A DNA stretch of 64,000 nucleotides, taken from NCBI GenBank assembly GCA_019118445.1, contig DWYY01000172.1:532-64531 (forward strand), read 5' to 3'. Below are positions 1 to 9,537 of the stretch, piece by piece. Below the pieces are notes generated by a model. The model worked only from the letters and a program-made list of their open reading frames with translations, was not told the origin of the DNA and did no database searches. Source of the stretch: Candidatus Eisenbergiella merdipullorum (GTDB taxonomy: Bacteria > Bacillota > Clostridia > Lachnospirales > Lachnospiraceae). The first letter of the stretch is position 1; every line of letters starts with the position of its first letter. The translations under genes and the position numbers were made by a program.

Positions 1-329
1 AAGGCAAAACCGCTGCCGGCATAAAACGCCCGGTCCAGCAATGCGCACAGAGCGCCGTTCGGTCCTGCGTAGTATACGGGCGAACCGACCACGATGCCGT
101 CCGCTTCCCGCATGAGCTGCAGCATTTCGTTTGCCGGGTCATCATCAAATGCGCATTTTCCGAGCTTCCCGCACGCGCCGCAGGCAATACAGCCGCGGAC
201 AGGCCCTTTGCCGATCTGGAAGATCTGTGTTTCGATTCCTTCTGCTTCCAGTGTCTTTGCCACTTCACTCAGCGCCGTATAAGTACAGCCGTTCGCGTGA
301 GGGCTTCCGTTGATCAGTAAAACTTTCAT
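1..329 (-). CDS. Flavodoxin-like iron-sulfur flavoprotein / NADPH-dependent FMN reductase family (runs off the window edge)
   Basis: Not in the ORF track; read manually as MKVLLINGSPHANGCTYTAL...RGCIACGACGKLGKC...ADGIVVGSPVYY. Has the GSP N-terminal motif, CxxCxxC-x4-C and SPVY; AGGAGG RBS upstream. Confidence 0.85.
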   Translation of the reverse strand, partial: MKVLLINGSPHANGCTYTALSEVAKTLEAEGIETQIFQIGKGPVRGCIACGACGKLGKCAFDDDPANEMLQLMREADGIVVGSPVYYAGPNGALCALLDRAFYAGSGFA

Positions 330-411
330 GTTCCTACCTCCTGTGCTTTTTATTTGAGTGCTATCTTCAATACTTCTGATTTTACCATCAGATATCCGAA
401 ATAGCAAACGC

Positions 412-440
412 TTGACTTTAATACGAATTCGTACTATAAT
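412..440 (+). promoter_or_regulatory. SigA promoter of the marR-MATE operon with a palindromic operator (TACGAATTCGTA) in the spacer
   Basis: TTGACT (412-417), 17 bp, TATAAT (435-440); perfect 12-bp palindrome at 422-433. Confidence 0.75.
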
Positions 441-490
441 TTCCGCTGTGTGATATCGGATGCGGACGCAGCGCAGGATTGGAGGTAAGG

Positions 491-937
491 ATGGAGGACT
501 ATCAGGAACTGATCAGAAAACTGACCCTGGCGGAAAACCGGATTGACGGCCTTTACTATCAGACTGCCAGAATGCTTGGCATCAAAGACAATACGCTGGC
601 CATACTTTATGCCCTTGATGACGGGCAGCCCCACTCCCAGAAGCAGCTGTGTGAAGAATGGCTGATTCCGAAAACCACGATCAACACGATCGTAAAGGAA
701 CTGTCCGCGGGAGGGTATCTGACGCTGCACATCGAGGCACACACGAGGGAAAAAAAGATCAGCCTCACCGCGAAAGGCAGGAAATATGCCGCAGCGAAGC
801 TCGAGAAGCTTTACCGGATGGAACAAGAAGCCATGCAGGAAACCCTGGCGGAACATGGTCCTGCTTTTATCCAAGCATTTGCCGATTTTGCGGAAAACCT
901 GAAGAAAAGTTTTGAAAAATATTTTTCATCGATATGA
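491..937 (+). CDS. MarR family transcriptional regulator
   Basis: wHTH pattern (SQKQLCEEWLIPKTTINTIVKEL...GYL...TREKKISLTAKG); GGAGG RBS before ATG 491. Confidence 0.9.
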   Translation: MEDYQELIRKLTLAENRIDGLYYQTARMLGIKDNTLAILYALDDGQPHSQKQLCEEWLIPKTTINTIVKELSAGGYLTLHIEAHTREKKISLTAKGRKYAAAKLEKLYRMEQEAMQETLAEHGPAFIQAFADFAENLKKSFEKYFSSI

Positions 938-2334
938 ATGAAGAAAGTGAGCGATCCAACATGGACTCAAAGTATCTGTTTTCAAAAGTAGCGCCGACAA
1001 AACTGTTTTTTATCGCCGCCCTTCCCGGTGCGGTCAGCATGCTGGCTTCAGCTCTGTACCAGCTTCTGGATGGCATTTTTGTCGGACGGATCCTGGGCGA
1101 TACTGCTTTTGCAGCGCTGAATCTGGCCATGCCCTTTGTCATCATCAATTTTGCCCTGGCCGATCTGATCGGTGTGGGCTCCTCCGTCCCCATTTCCATC
1201 AGCCTCGGAAAAAAAGAGGATGAAGAAGCCAACAATATCTTTACCTGCGCGGTCCTTCTGATCGTCGGAGCAGGCATCATGATCGGGCTGATCCTGTTCG
1301 CGGCGGCTCCGCTCCTGATCCGCCTGATGGGGGCGGAGGGGGAATTCGCATCCTTCGCGGTCCAGTATCTGCGCGTTTATGCGATCTGTTCCCCTGTTAC
1401 CACGATCGTCTTCGCCATGGACAATTACCTGCGCATCTGCGGGCAGATCCGGGGCAGCATGTATCTGAATATCCTCATGTCCGCGTTGAGCGCCGGGCTG
1501 GAATTTCTCTTCCTCGGCGTGCTGGGATTCGGCATCTGGGGCGCCGCGCTGGCGACCTGTCTGGGGATGATGGTCTGCGCGCTCATCGCCCTGTACCCCT
1601 TCCTTCGCGGAAAGTTTCTGCTGCATTTCAGACGTCCCCGTTTTTCGCTGCGCCTGATCCGGCAGATCATTGCCTGCGGCAGTCCGAACTTTCTGAATAA
1701 CATAGCTGGGCGTATCACATCCATCCTGATGAACGCCATTCTGCTTCGCATCGGAGGGGAAAATGCGGTGTCCGTCTATGGCATCCTGATGTACGCGGAC
1801 GGCTTCATCCAGCCTCTGCTTTACGGGATGTGCGATTCCCTGCAGCCCGCTGTCGGGTTCAACTGGGGCGCGGGCAATTATCACCGGGTGAGCGCGATCG
1901 AACGCTGCTGTTTCACAGCCAGCGGCATCCTCTCCGCCCTGTCCGCCGTTGTCCTGTTCCTTTTCCCGGGACAGATCACCCATCTCTTCGTAGGAGGGGA
2001 CAGCACGGAGCTTCTCCTGATGGCGGAGGGCGCTCTGCGCCTATTTGCGGCCACGTATGTCACCAGATGGTTTTCCTTTGCCTCTCAGAGCTATATGCTC
2101 GCGGTGGAAAAACCGGTTTTCGCCTCCATCATTTCGGTTTCCACTGCCCTGCTTTTCCCTGTGATCCTCATTGCGGCGCTCTGGCCTCTCGGTCTTACGG
2201 GGATCTGGCTGAATTTCGCCGGAACCGCACTGCTGGCCGCCGTCCTGTCCGCTTTTCTCCTGAAAAGATTTCAGAAGGAAATGAAAAGCCGTATGAAAGC
2301 ATCTTCCGCCAGAACGCAGGGAGCAGACGTCTGA
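934..2334 (+). CDS. MATE family efflux transporter
   Basis: ~12 TM segments, N-terminal LYQLLDGIFVG motif, QPAVGFNWGAG; ATGA overlap with marR (alternative start 961). Confidence 0.92.
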   Translation: MNEESERSNMDSKYLFSKVAPTKLFFIAALPGAVSMLASALYQLLDGIFVGRILGDTAFAALNLAMPFVIINFALADLIGVGSSVPISISLGKKEDEEANNIFTCAVLLIVGAGIMIGLILFAAAPLLIRLMGAEGEFASFAVQYLRVYAICSPVTTIVFAMDNYLRICGQIRGSMYLNILMSALSAGLEFLFLGVLGFGIWGAALATCLGMMVCALIALYPFLRGKFLLHFRRPRFSLRLIRQIIACGSPNFLNNIAGRITSILMNAILLRIGGENAVSVYGILMYADGFIQPLLYGMCDSLQPAVGFNWGAGNYHRVSAIERCCFTASGILSALSAVVLFLFPGQITHLFVGGDSTELLLMAEGALRLFAATYVTRWFSFASQSYMLAVEKPVFASIISVSTALLFPVILIAALWPLGLTGIWLNFAGTALLAAVLSAFLLKRFQKEMKSRMKASSARTQGADV

Positions 2335-2350
2335 AGGCGAAGGGCTTTTC

Positions 2351-4315
2351 CTATTTTTTCTTAGGATGTACATTCCGAATGGTCTTTTTCCGACGGTTTT
2401 CCGGACGGCCGCCTTCTATCCGACGGCTGTCCGGATGCCTTACGCCTTCCATCCTGCGGTTGTCCGGATGCCTGCCCTTCTCCGACATCTTCCGATATTC
2501 TTCCCGGCCCCTTTCCTCTTTCCGGGGCCGGATCAGGCATTTCGGGCCGAAGCCGATCAGGTCCTCACGGCCGGCCTTTACGAGCGCTTCATGCACCAGA
2601 TCGTAATTCTTAGGATTCCGATACTGGATCAATGCCCTCTGCATGGCCTTTTCATGGGGATTTTTGCAGACATATACCGGTTTTCCGTCCCTCGGATCGA
2701 TCTCCGTATAATACATGACCGTGGACATGGTGGAAGGCGTAGGGTAAAAATCCTGCACCTGCTCCGGCATATATCCCAGATCCCGCAGATATTCCGCCAG
2801 TTCCACGGCTTCTTTCAGGGTGGAGCCGGGATGGGAACTCATCAGATAGGGCACCAGATATTGTTTCAGCCCCAGTTCTTCGTTCAGCTTCGCGTATTTT
2901 CTGCGGAATTTCTCATAGACCGCGTTTTCCGGCTTTCCCATCCTTTTGAGCACCGCGTCGCAGATGTGCTCCGGAGCCACCTTGAGCTGTCCGCTCACAT
3001 GGTACTGCACCAGTTCCCGGAAAAAGGTATCATCCGGATCGGCCAGAAGATAATCGAACCGTATCCCGGAACGGATGAAGACCTTTTTCACGCCGGGCAG
3101 GGCGCGGAGCTTTCTGAGAAGCTCCAGATAATCCCTGTGATCCACGTCCAGGTGCGGACAGGGCTTAGGGAAAAGACACTGCCTGTTTTTGCATACGCCC
3201 CTCACAAGCTGGTCCTGACAGGAAGGCGCGCGGAAATTTGCTGTAGGGCCGCCCACATCATGGATATACCCTTTAAAATCCCTGTCATGGATCAGTTCTT
3301 TTGCCTCCGCCAAAATGGAATCATGGCTTCTGACTTGTACCGTGCGTCCCTGGTGGAAGGTAAGGGCGCAGAAGCTGCAGCCGCCGAAGCACCCTCTGTT
3401 GCTGATGAGGGAAAATTTGATCTCCCGGATCGCCGGGACGCCGCCCAGGCTTTCGTAGGAAGGATGGTAGGTGCGCATATAGGGGAGGGCATACACATCG
3501 TCCATCTCCTGCATTGAAAGAGGCCTCTGCGGAGGATTCTGCACCACAAACACGCCGCCCGGATACCCCTCTGTCAGCACGTTTCCGTTGATAGGATCCG
3601 TGTTATTATGCTGGATGAGAAAGCTTTCCGCGTATTTTTTCTTATCCGCCTTCATCTCCTCATAGGAAGGAAGCGTCACTCCGCCGTATACCTCCTCCGG
3701 CTTCTTCGTTTTATAAACGGTCCCCGCCACAAAAGTGATGTCTTTCACAGCAATGCCGGAGGCGAGGGCATCCGCGATCTCCACAATGGATTTTTCCCCC
3801 ATGCCATAGGAGATCAGATCCGCCTGGCTGTCCAGAAGGATGGAACGGCGGAAGGAGTCGCTCCAGTAGTCATAATGCGCCATCCGCCGCAGGCTTGCTT
3901 CAATCCCGCCGAGGATGATCGGAACATCCCTGTAGGTGCGGCGGATCAGGTTCCCATAGACCACTGCAGCATGATCCGGCCGCTTTCCCGCCTTTCCGCC
4001 CGGCGTATAGGCATCCGTCGGCCGCCTTTTCCCAGAGACATAATAATGGTTGACCATGGAATCCATGTTTCCGGAAGAAACAAGAAAGGCGAGCTTAGGC
4101 TTTCCAAACACGGCAATGCTTTTGTCATCCTTCCAGTCGGGCTGAGAGATGATACAGACGCTGTACCCATGCGCTTCCAGCACGCGGCTGATGATCGCAT
4201 GGCCGAAAGAGGGATGATCCACATAGGCATCCCCGATCACATATACAAAATCTGGTCTTTCGATCCCCCGCGCTTCCATCTCTTCCCGTGTTACCGGTAA
4301 AAATCCGTTTGCCAT
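2351..4315 (-). CDS. YgiQ family radical SAM protein
   Basis: GDAYVDHPSFG N-terminal motif, RGCFGGCSFC cluster motif, QVQDFYPTP. Confidence 0.93.
   Translation of the reverse strand: MANGFLPVTREEMEARGIERPDFVYVIGDAYVDHPSFGHAIISRVLEAHGYSVCIISQPDWKDDKSIAVFGKPKLAFLVSSGNMDSMVNHYYVSGKRRPTDAYTPGGKAGKRPDHAAVVYGNLIRRTYRDVPIILGGIEASLRRMAHYDYWSDSFRRSILLDSQADLISYGMGEKSIVEIADALASGIAVKDITFVAGTVYKTKKPEEVYGGVTLPSYEEMKADKKKYAESFLIQHNNTDPINGNVLTEGYPGGVFVVQNPPQRPLSMQEMDDVYALPYMRTYHPSYESLGGVPAIREIKFSLISNRGCFGGCSFCALTFHQGRTVQVRSHDSILAEAKELIHDRDFKGYIHDVGGPTANFRAPSCQDQLVRGVCKNRQCLFPKPCPHLDVDHRDYLELLRKLRALPGVKKVFIRSGIRFDYLLADPDDTFFRELVQYHVSGQLKVAPEHICDAVLKRMGKPENAVYEKFRRKYAKLNEELGLKQYLVPYLMSSHPGSTLKEAVELAEYLRDLGYMPEQVQDFYPTPSTMSTVMYYTEIDPRDGKPVYVCKNPHEKAMQRALIQYRNPKNYDLVHEALVKAGREDLIGFGPKCLIRPRKEERGREEYRKMSEKGRHPDNRRMEGVRHPDSRRIEGGRPENRRKKTIRNVHPKKK
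2389..2480. repeat. Three degenerate 30-33 bp tandem repeats in the YgiQ C-terminal tail
   Basis: Unit ~TCCGACGGCTGTCCGGATGCCTTACGCCTTCCA; protein GRHPDNRRMEG-VRHPDSRRIEG-GRPENRR. Confidence 0.75.
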
Positions 4316-4348
4316 TCGTTTTTCCTTTCCTGCTGCCCTTTTCTGGTG

Positions 4349-4993
4349 TCATGCAAGCTGCGTATAATCTTCGATATAATAGTCCGCCAGTTTCCGCATT
4401 CTTTCTTCCGGCGTCTGGCACCAGACATCCTTCACCGCGCAGACCCTCATCCCCGCGGCCTTTCCCGCCCGGATCCCCGGCTCAATATCCTCGAAGACCA
4501 GACAGTGCGCCGGTTCCACGCCAAGTCTCTGCGCCACGGCAAGATAGATATCCGGAGCAGGCTTTCCGCGTCCGACTTCGCAGCTTGTCAGGATACAGGA
4601 AAAGGCGTCCGCCAGTCCCTGTGCGCCGATCACTCCTTCCACAAGCTGCCTGGAATTGCTGGAAGCGATGCCGAGCTTTCTATGGCTGCGCACGCATTCT
4701 TCGATAAACGCCCGCGCGCCTTTTTTCAGGGGAACCTCATGCAGATATTTTTCCTCTGCCATCCGGTTCCAGTCTTCCTTGATCTTCTCCACCGGATCCG
4801 GAATTCCGAACCGTTCTTTGAAATAAACTGCGGTCTCCGTGAAGCTCATCCCATCCACGTCCCCCTGGAGCCTTTTATCCAGTTTGATCCCGTATCTTTT
4901 CAGATATTCCACGTCGATCTCCGGCCAGACCCACATGGAATCCACCAGGGAACCGTCCAGGTCAAAAATGACCGCCTCCATGCCGTCCAGCAT
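4349..4993 (-). CDS. HAD-superfamily phosphatase (beta-PGM/CbbY-like)
   Basis: IFDLDGSLVDS motif I, KPAPDIY, VFED. Confidence 0.9.
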   Translation of the reverse strand: MLDGMEAVIFDLDGSLVDSMWVWPEIDVEYLKRYGIKLDKRLQGDVDGMSFTETAVYFKERFGIPDPVEKIKEDWNRMAEEKYLHEVPLKKGARAFIEECVRSHRKLGIASSNSRQLVEGVIGAQGLADAFSCILTSCEVGRGKPAPDIYLAVAQRLGVEPAHCLVFEDIEPGIRAGKAAGMRVCAVKDVWCQTPEERMRKLADYYIEDYTQLA

Positions 4994-5023
4994 CTCTATT
5001 TCTCCTCCTTTTTTCTGCGGGAC

Positions 5024-5794
5024 TCACCCGGAAACGGTTTTCCCTCTTCCCCCAATTCCCAGGGCGGATAGCTCGTTCTTTGTAAGCGGGCGGAACTGTC
5101 CCGGGGAAAGGCGCTCATCCAGAACGAGAGGCCCCATCGCCACGCGGCGCAGATAGGTTACGTTCCTTCCCTGCGTCTGCATCATCCGTTTCACCTGATG
5201 ATACTTTCCTTCCGTAATGGTAAGAAAATACGCGGCTTTGGAGTCCTCTGCGCAGCCTTCCACAGCTTCAGCTTCCCGGATCCGCGCCGGTCCGGTCTTC
5301 TCTCCTTCTCCGATCTGTACTCCTTCGCACAGTCTCCGGCATGCTTCCTCCGTCAGCTTTCCATCAAGTTCCACGTAATAGGTCTTCTCCACATGTCTGG
5401 ACGGGGAAAGCAGACGATGGGCGAGCGCGCCGTCATCCGTGACCAGAAGCAGCCCTTCCGTGTCCTTATCCAGCCTTCCCGTCGGAAACAGCTCCCTTTT
5501 CAGCAGGGCGTTTTCCGGCTCCCTGTCCCGCATCCAGTCAATGACCGTCTGTCCTTTGCCGTCCCGGGAGGCGGACAGAAGGCCGGCAGGCTTATTTAGC
5601 AGGAAATAAACGTTCTTCGCATAACGGATGCGCCGCCCGTCCACGCTCACCTGCGCGCTGTTTTCCTCCACCTTCCGGGCCGGATTTTTTTCCGTGAGCC
5701 CATCCACGCTGATGCGCCCTTTTCGGAGCATTTCCTTTATTTCACTTCGGGTCCCTTCCCCCATTTCGCACAAATATCTGTCCAGACGGATCAT
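5024..5794 (-). CDS. RsuA-family rRNA pseudouridine synthase
   Basis: S4 domain start MIRLDRYL, catalytic GRLDKDTEGLLL, EGKYHQVKRM; start moved to 5794. Confidence 0.9.
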   Translation of the reverse strand: MIRLDRYLCEMGEGTRSEIKEMLRKGRISVDGLTEKNPARKVEENSAQVSVDGRRIRYAKNVYFLLNKPAGLLSASRDGKGQTVIDWMRDREPENALLKRELFPTGRLDKDTEGLLLVTDDGALAHRLLSPSRHVEKTYYVELDGKLTEEACRRLCEGVQIGEGEKTGPARIREAEAVEGCAEDSKAAYFLTITEGKYHQVKRMMQTQGRNVTYLRRVAMGPLVLDERLSPGQFRPLTKNELSALGIGGRGKTVSG

Positions 5795-5919
5795 GCGCCG
5801 TCTCCTTTCTTCCTTCTGTGAACCTTTTCCTGCGAGCCTTTTCTTATCGTGATCTTCCCTTACGGTCTTTTTCTTCTGCCCGCTTTCCCGCATCTGAAAA
5901 CAGGAGGATGTGTTTTTGG

Positions 5920-5948
5920 TCATCCTGAAACGGGATCCGTCATAGACT
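5920..5948 (+). promoter_or_regulatory. Putative SigE (mother-cell) promoter for ylbJ
   Basis: TCATCCT-14 bp-CATAGACT resembles the SigE consensus; ylbJ is SigE-controlled in B. subtilis. Confidence 0.45.
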
Positions 5949-6008
5949 GGTAAAAAGACGCTGTACAGGGCGATAAAGATCTTACGCCCGGCGGGATGAG
6001 AGGCATAT

Positions 6009-7052
6009 ATGAAAGGACACCGGCTCTACAGACCCAGGAGCGTTTCTCTGAGCGCACGGCTTCGCACCGCAAAAAAGGCTCTGCTTTTGTGCCTTTTCAC
6101 TGCTCTGACCCTGTGCATGCTCCTGGAGAATGAAAAGGCTCTTGAACTGTCCCTCACAGGGCTGAATCTCTGGTTTGAAAAAATGATCCCGACGCTCCTG
6201 CCCTTCATGATCCTTTCCGGTATCCTGATCCGCATGAATCTCTCCGACAGCTTCGCCCGCCTGTTTTCCCCGCTTCTGCGCCCCGTCTTCCGTCTGTCCG
6301 ACTCCTGTCTGTACGTGATAGTCATCGGATTTCTGTGCGGTTTTCCCATGGGCGCGAGGGTGACTGCAGAAAGCCTGCAGAGAGGCAGGCTTTCCCACAG
6401 AGAGGCTTCCCTGCTGCTTTCCTTCTGCAACAACATCGGTCCTATCTATTTCTCCGGCTTTGTCCTCACCCTGTTTCCCGTCGCAAAGCCCTGGCTTTTC
6501 TGGGCGGGCATGTACCTGCTCCCTCTGTTATACGGCCTTTTCCTGCGCTATACGCTCTACCGGGATATTCCGCTGTATGCCGCGCCAGTCCGTCCTCTCA
6601 CAGCGGCCTCTTCTCTCAGAGCCGCTTTTTCTCTCAGGGCGGCTTCCGAATCTTACGCCCGCGCTGCCCGTTCCCAAAAGCCTTCTCTGTTGGAGCAGAT
6701 GCAGGATTCCATTTCCTCTTCCCTGGTCTCCATCGCTTCCCTCGGCGGCTATATGATCCTGTTCAATCTGATGAACCTCCTGCCGGATCTCCTGCTGCCT
6801 GCCCGGGCATCCCTGCCCAGGGCGCTCTGCGGCTGCATCCTGGAAATCACCAGCGGTCTTTCCCGGCTTGCCCCTTCCGACGCCCTCTGGGGCTTTATCC
6901 TGCTCCCCTTAGGCGGGCTTTCCTGCATCGCGCAGACCTACAGCATGATCCGGGAGACTGATCTGTCCCTGAAACAATATGTCCTGCACAAATGCATCCA
7001 GACGCTCCTCGCATTCGGATATTATTCCCTGATCTTCCGGTTTGCTGTATGA
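6009..7052 (+). CDS. ylbJ: Sporulation integral membrane protein YlbJ-like (nucleoside recognition gate domain)
   Basis: GLNLWFEKMIPTLLPFMIL, GFLCGFPMGA, LEITSG, GGLSCIAQT motifs; close to coaD as in other Firmicutes. Confidence 0.75.
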   Translation: MKGHRLYRPRSVSLSARLRTAKKALLLCLFTALTLCMLLENEKALELSLTGLNLWFEKMIPTLLPFMILSGILIRMNLSDSFARLFSPLLRPVFRLSDSCLYVIVIGFLCGFPMGARVTAESLQRGRLSHREASLLLSFCNNIGPIYFSGFVLTLFPVAKPWLFWAGMYLLPLLYGLFLRYTLYRDIPLYAAPVRPLTAASSLRAAFSLRAASESYARAARSQKPSLLEQMQDSISSSLVSIASLGGYMILFNLMNLLPDLLLPARASLPRALCGCILEITSGLSRLAPSDALWGFILLPLGGLSCIAQTYSMIRETDLSLKQYVLHKCIQTLLAFGYYSLIFRFAV

Positions 7053-7072
7053 AGACTCCTGTTCTGAAGCTG

Positions 7073-8146
7073 TTACCTTGCAGGAAATACGCCCGGCGTC
7101 ACGGCTGCGCTCTCCGTATACTGGTCATAGCCGTTATAAGCCCGGCAGTAAATAGCAGGCTGGCTTCCTCCCGGCACAGTTACGGAGAAGGTCAGAGAGC
7201 CCAGATTGGCAAATGGCATCAGCGTTGACCATGTCGCTCCGCCGTCCAGACTGTAGCTGTAATACAGGATGCCAGACTGAGCGTCCTGTGCTTCCAGCTT
7301 CAGGTCTACCCTGCCGGTGTCAAAATCCGCGGAAAGGACGCTCAGCTCCACTCTTTCAGGCGGCGTGCAGTCGGGAGCCGCCACGCCCTGCGGGGCGGCC
7401 TGCGTCTGATAGGCAAAGCCAGTATAATCCAGTCCCAGGACGTCGGATTTCAGATGAAAATACTTTGCCGCAGCGATAGCGTCACTGATTCCCATATTCG
7501 CCACTTTCGAGGCCGCATCGATCTGATGCGCGTCAACAGGATGATCCATATAGCAGTGTTCTATGATGACGCTGGGGATGCCTAACTCCCTGGACGCCCG
7601 GATCACCCCATAATAATCCGTCCCTCTGCCGTTCAGCCTCGTTTTCACCCCACGGATATACTGGCCGTAGCCGGCCATTTCGGCAAGCTGCAGCCTTCCG
7701 AACGTCTGCCCCGCGGAATAATAGGGGCCGAACGCAGAGGTCCAGACCTCTGAACCGTACAGGTTGTGTTCCGATGACATGTTAAAATGAAGGGAAAAAA
7801 GAAAGTCCGCGCCGTAAGCTTTGGCGATCTGCGCCCGCTCCTCCAAAGACAGTTCCTGGTCCGTCGTCCGCGTCAGATAGACCTGTACCCCTTCAAACTG
7901 TTCCAGCGTCTGCTTCATGGCCTGCGCCGCCTGCAAGGTGAGCTCCTTTTCCAGAAACTGCCCCGCCACCTCTCCGCCCCGGTTTTCCCCGCCGTGTCCC
8001 GGATCGATCACGATGACCACGGGCTCACTGGCCTGAGCCCGGAGCGCCGGTACGGAAAAAAGCAGAACTGCCGCTGCCATGAGTATCTTTCGTATCTTTC
8101 CCTTTTTCAACTTTTCCCTCCTTAGACATATTTCCGTTGTCATCAT
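7073..8146 (-). CDS. Secreted N-acetylmuramoyl-L-alanine amidase (Amidase_3) with a C-terminal Ig-like domain
   Basis: IDPGHGG, EKEL, SLHFN and IIEH zinc/catalytic motifs; signal peptide ending ~AQA; exact start uncertain. Confidence 0.88.
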   Translation of the reverse strand: MMTTEICLRREKLKKGKIRKILMAAAVLLFSVPALRAQASEPVVIVIDPGHGGENRGGEVAGQFLEKELTLQAAQAMKQTLEQFEGVQVYLTRTTDQELSLEERAQIAKAYGADFLFSLHFNMSSEHNLYGSEVWTSAFGPYYSAGQTFGRLQLAEMAGYGQYIRGVKTRLNGRGTDYYGVIRASRELGIPSVIIEHCYMDHPVDAHQIDAASKVANMGISDAIAAAKYFHLKSDVLGLDYTGFAYQTQAAPQGVAAPDCTPPERVELSVLSADFDTGRVDLKLEAQDAQSGILYYSYSLDGGATWSTLMPFANLGSLTFSVTVPGGSQPAIYCRAYNGYDQYTESAAVTPGVFPAR

Positions 8147-8183
8147 CTTTTGCTATGCATCCCCACATCCTGCCGCAAACAGG

Positions 8184-8249
8184 AAATGCTGCGGTCTTTT
8201 TGCCTGCGGCGGGAAATTTTATCCTGCCCTGGCAGATACCGCAGCATTT
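8184..8249. terminator. Long imperfect stem-loop between the coiled-coil gene and the amidase
   Basis: AAATGCTGCGGT...ACCGCAGCATTT outer arms plus inner GGCGGGA/TCCTGCC pairing. Confidence 0.5.
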
Positions 8250-8308
8250 TTTCAGCAAGGGGACGTCACACATCAAGCGGTGCCCGCCCACGGATGCAAC
8301 GCTGTTTC

Positions 8309-8932
8309 TTACATAATATCCAGATCGCCGTCATTCTTGCTTTCCTTAGGATCTGCTGCCGATACATCCGGCATGGAAGACGTATCTTCAATCTCATCCG
8401 GACGCAGCTCCATCCGGTTGGACTGCACCACATTCAGACAGCCGTTCAGGTCGTCCAGAAGCTGTCCGTAATGTTCATTCGCAATATTGATGCCGTTCTC
8501 AATGATCCTTTCCAGGTTTGCAAGAATATCATCCGTATACTGGATGGCGGACGCCTTCACGCTGTTCGCCTCCACAGTCGCGTTGTCCAGGATTTCCTGC
8601 GCCTGCTGCGTCGCCATGGTGACGACCTCATTTGCCTGCGCATATGCCTGCTGCATGATCTCATGCTCATTGATCAGCTCCGTTGTATGCGCGGTCGCTT
8701 CGTTGATGAGCGCCTCCGCCTTCTCCCTGGCATCGTTCAGGATCGCTTCCTTATTGTTGATGATCTTCTGGTAGCGCTTGATCTCATCAGGAGTCTTCAT
8801 GCGAAGCTCCCTCAGAAGCTCCTCAAGCTCCTCTTTATTCACAATGATCTTGGTGTTGGAAAGCGGCTGATATTTACAACTGTCAATATATTCTTCGATC
8901 TCATCGATCAACTGTTCGATCCTGCTGCTCAT
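8309..8932 (-). CDS. Conserved coiled-coil protein downstream of coaD (often annotated ATP synthase subunit B-like)
   Basis: Heptad-rich, EAILNDAREKAEALI; typical rsmD-coaD-downstream position in Clostridia. Confidence 0.75.
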   Translation of the reverse strand: MSSRIEQLIDEIEEYIDSCKYQPLSNTKIIVNKEELEELLRELRMKTPDEIKRYQKIINNKEAILNDAREKAEALINEATAHTTELINEHEIMQQAYAQANEVVTMATQQAQEILDNATVEANSVKASAIQYTDDILANLERIIENGINIANEHYGQLLDDLNGCLNVVQSNRMELRPDEIEDTSSMPDVSAADPKESKNDGDLDIM

Positions 8933-9012
8933 TTTTTCCTCCATTCCAAAGTGTTCTATGTTGAAGCGTCCGTTTTCGCCGCAGCAGCGGCCATATTCTT
9001 CCCGAAAAAGGT

Positions 9013-9498
9013 CTATGCATGCCCGAACTTCTCATACAGGAGCCTGGCCACAAAATCCGGCACGCACTGGGAAACATCGCCGTGGAACTCCGCGATCTCC
9101 TTCACGCTGGAGGAACTGAGGTAAGCGTACTCCAGCCGCGTGGTCAGAAATACCGTATCCAGCTCCCAATGAGACAGCATGCTGTTCGTCTGGGCGGTCT
9201 GCAGCTCATACTCGAAATCCGTGATGGCGCGAAGCCCCCGGATCGCCACGTGCACGTCCTTCTTTCTGGCATAATCGATCAGAAGGCCGGAGAAGGAATC
9301 CACCTTCACATTGGGCAGGTCCTTTGTGGCTTCCTCCAGTATTTTAACACGTTCCTCCACGGAAAACAACGGCCTCTTCCTCGTATTGTTCAGCACGCTG
9401 ACCGTTAATTCATCAAAAATCGACGCTGCCCTTCTGATCACATCAAGATGGCCGAACGTCACCGGGTCAAAGCTTCCCGGATAAATTGCTGCTTTCAT
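9013..9498 (-). CDS. coaD: Phosphopantetheine adenylyltransferase
   Basis: [34 protein letters not shown]. Confidence 0.97.
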   Translation of the reverse strand: MKAAIYPGSFDPVTFGHLDVIRRAASIFDELTVSVLNNTRKRPLFSVEERVKILEEATKDLPNVKVDSFSGLLIDYARKKDVHVAIRGLRAITDFEYELQTAQTNSMLSHWELDTVFLTTRLEYAYLSSSSVKEIAEFHGDVSQCVPDFVARLLYEKFGHA

Positions 9499-9537
9499 AA
9501 TCATCTCCCTTTCAGAGTGCCGGTGACAGCCGTACCC

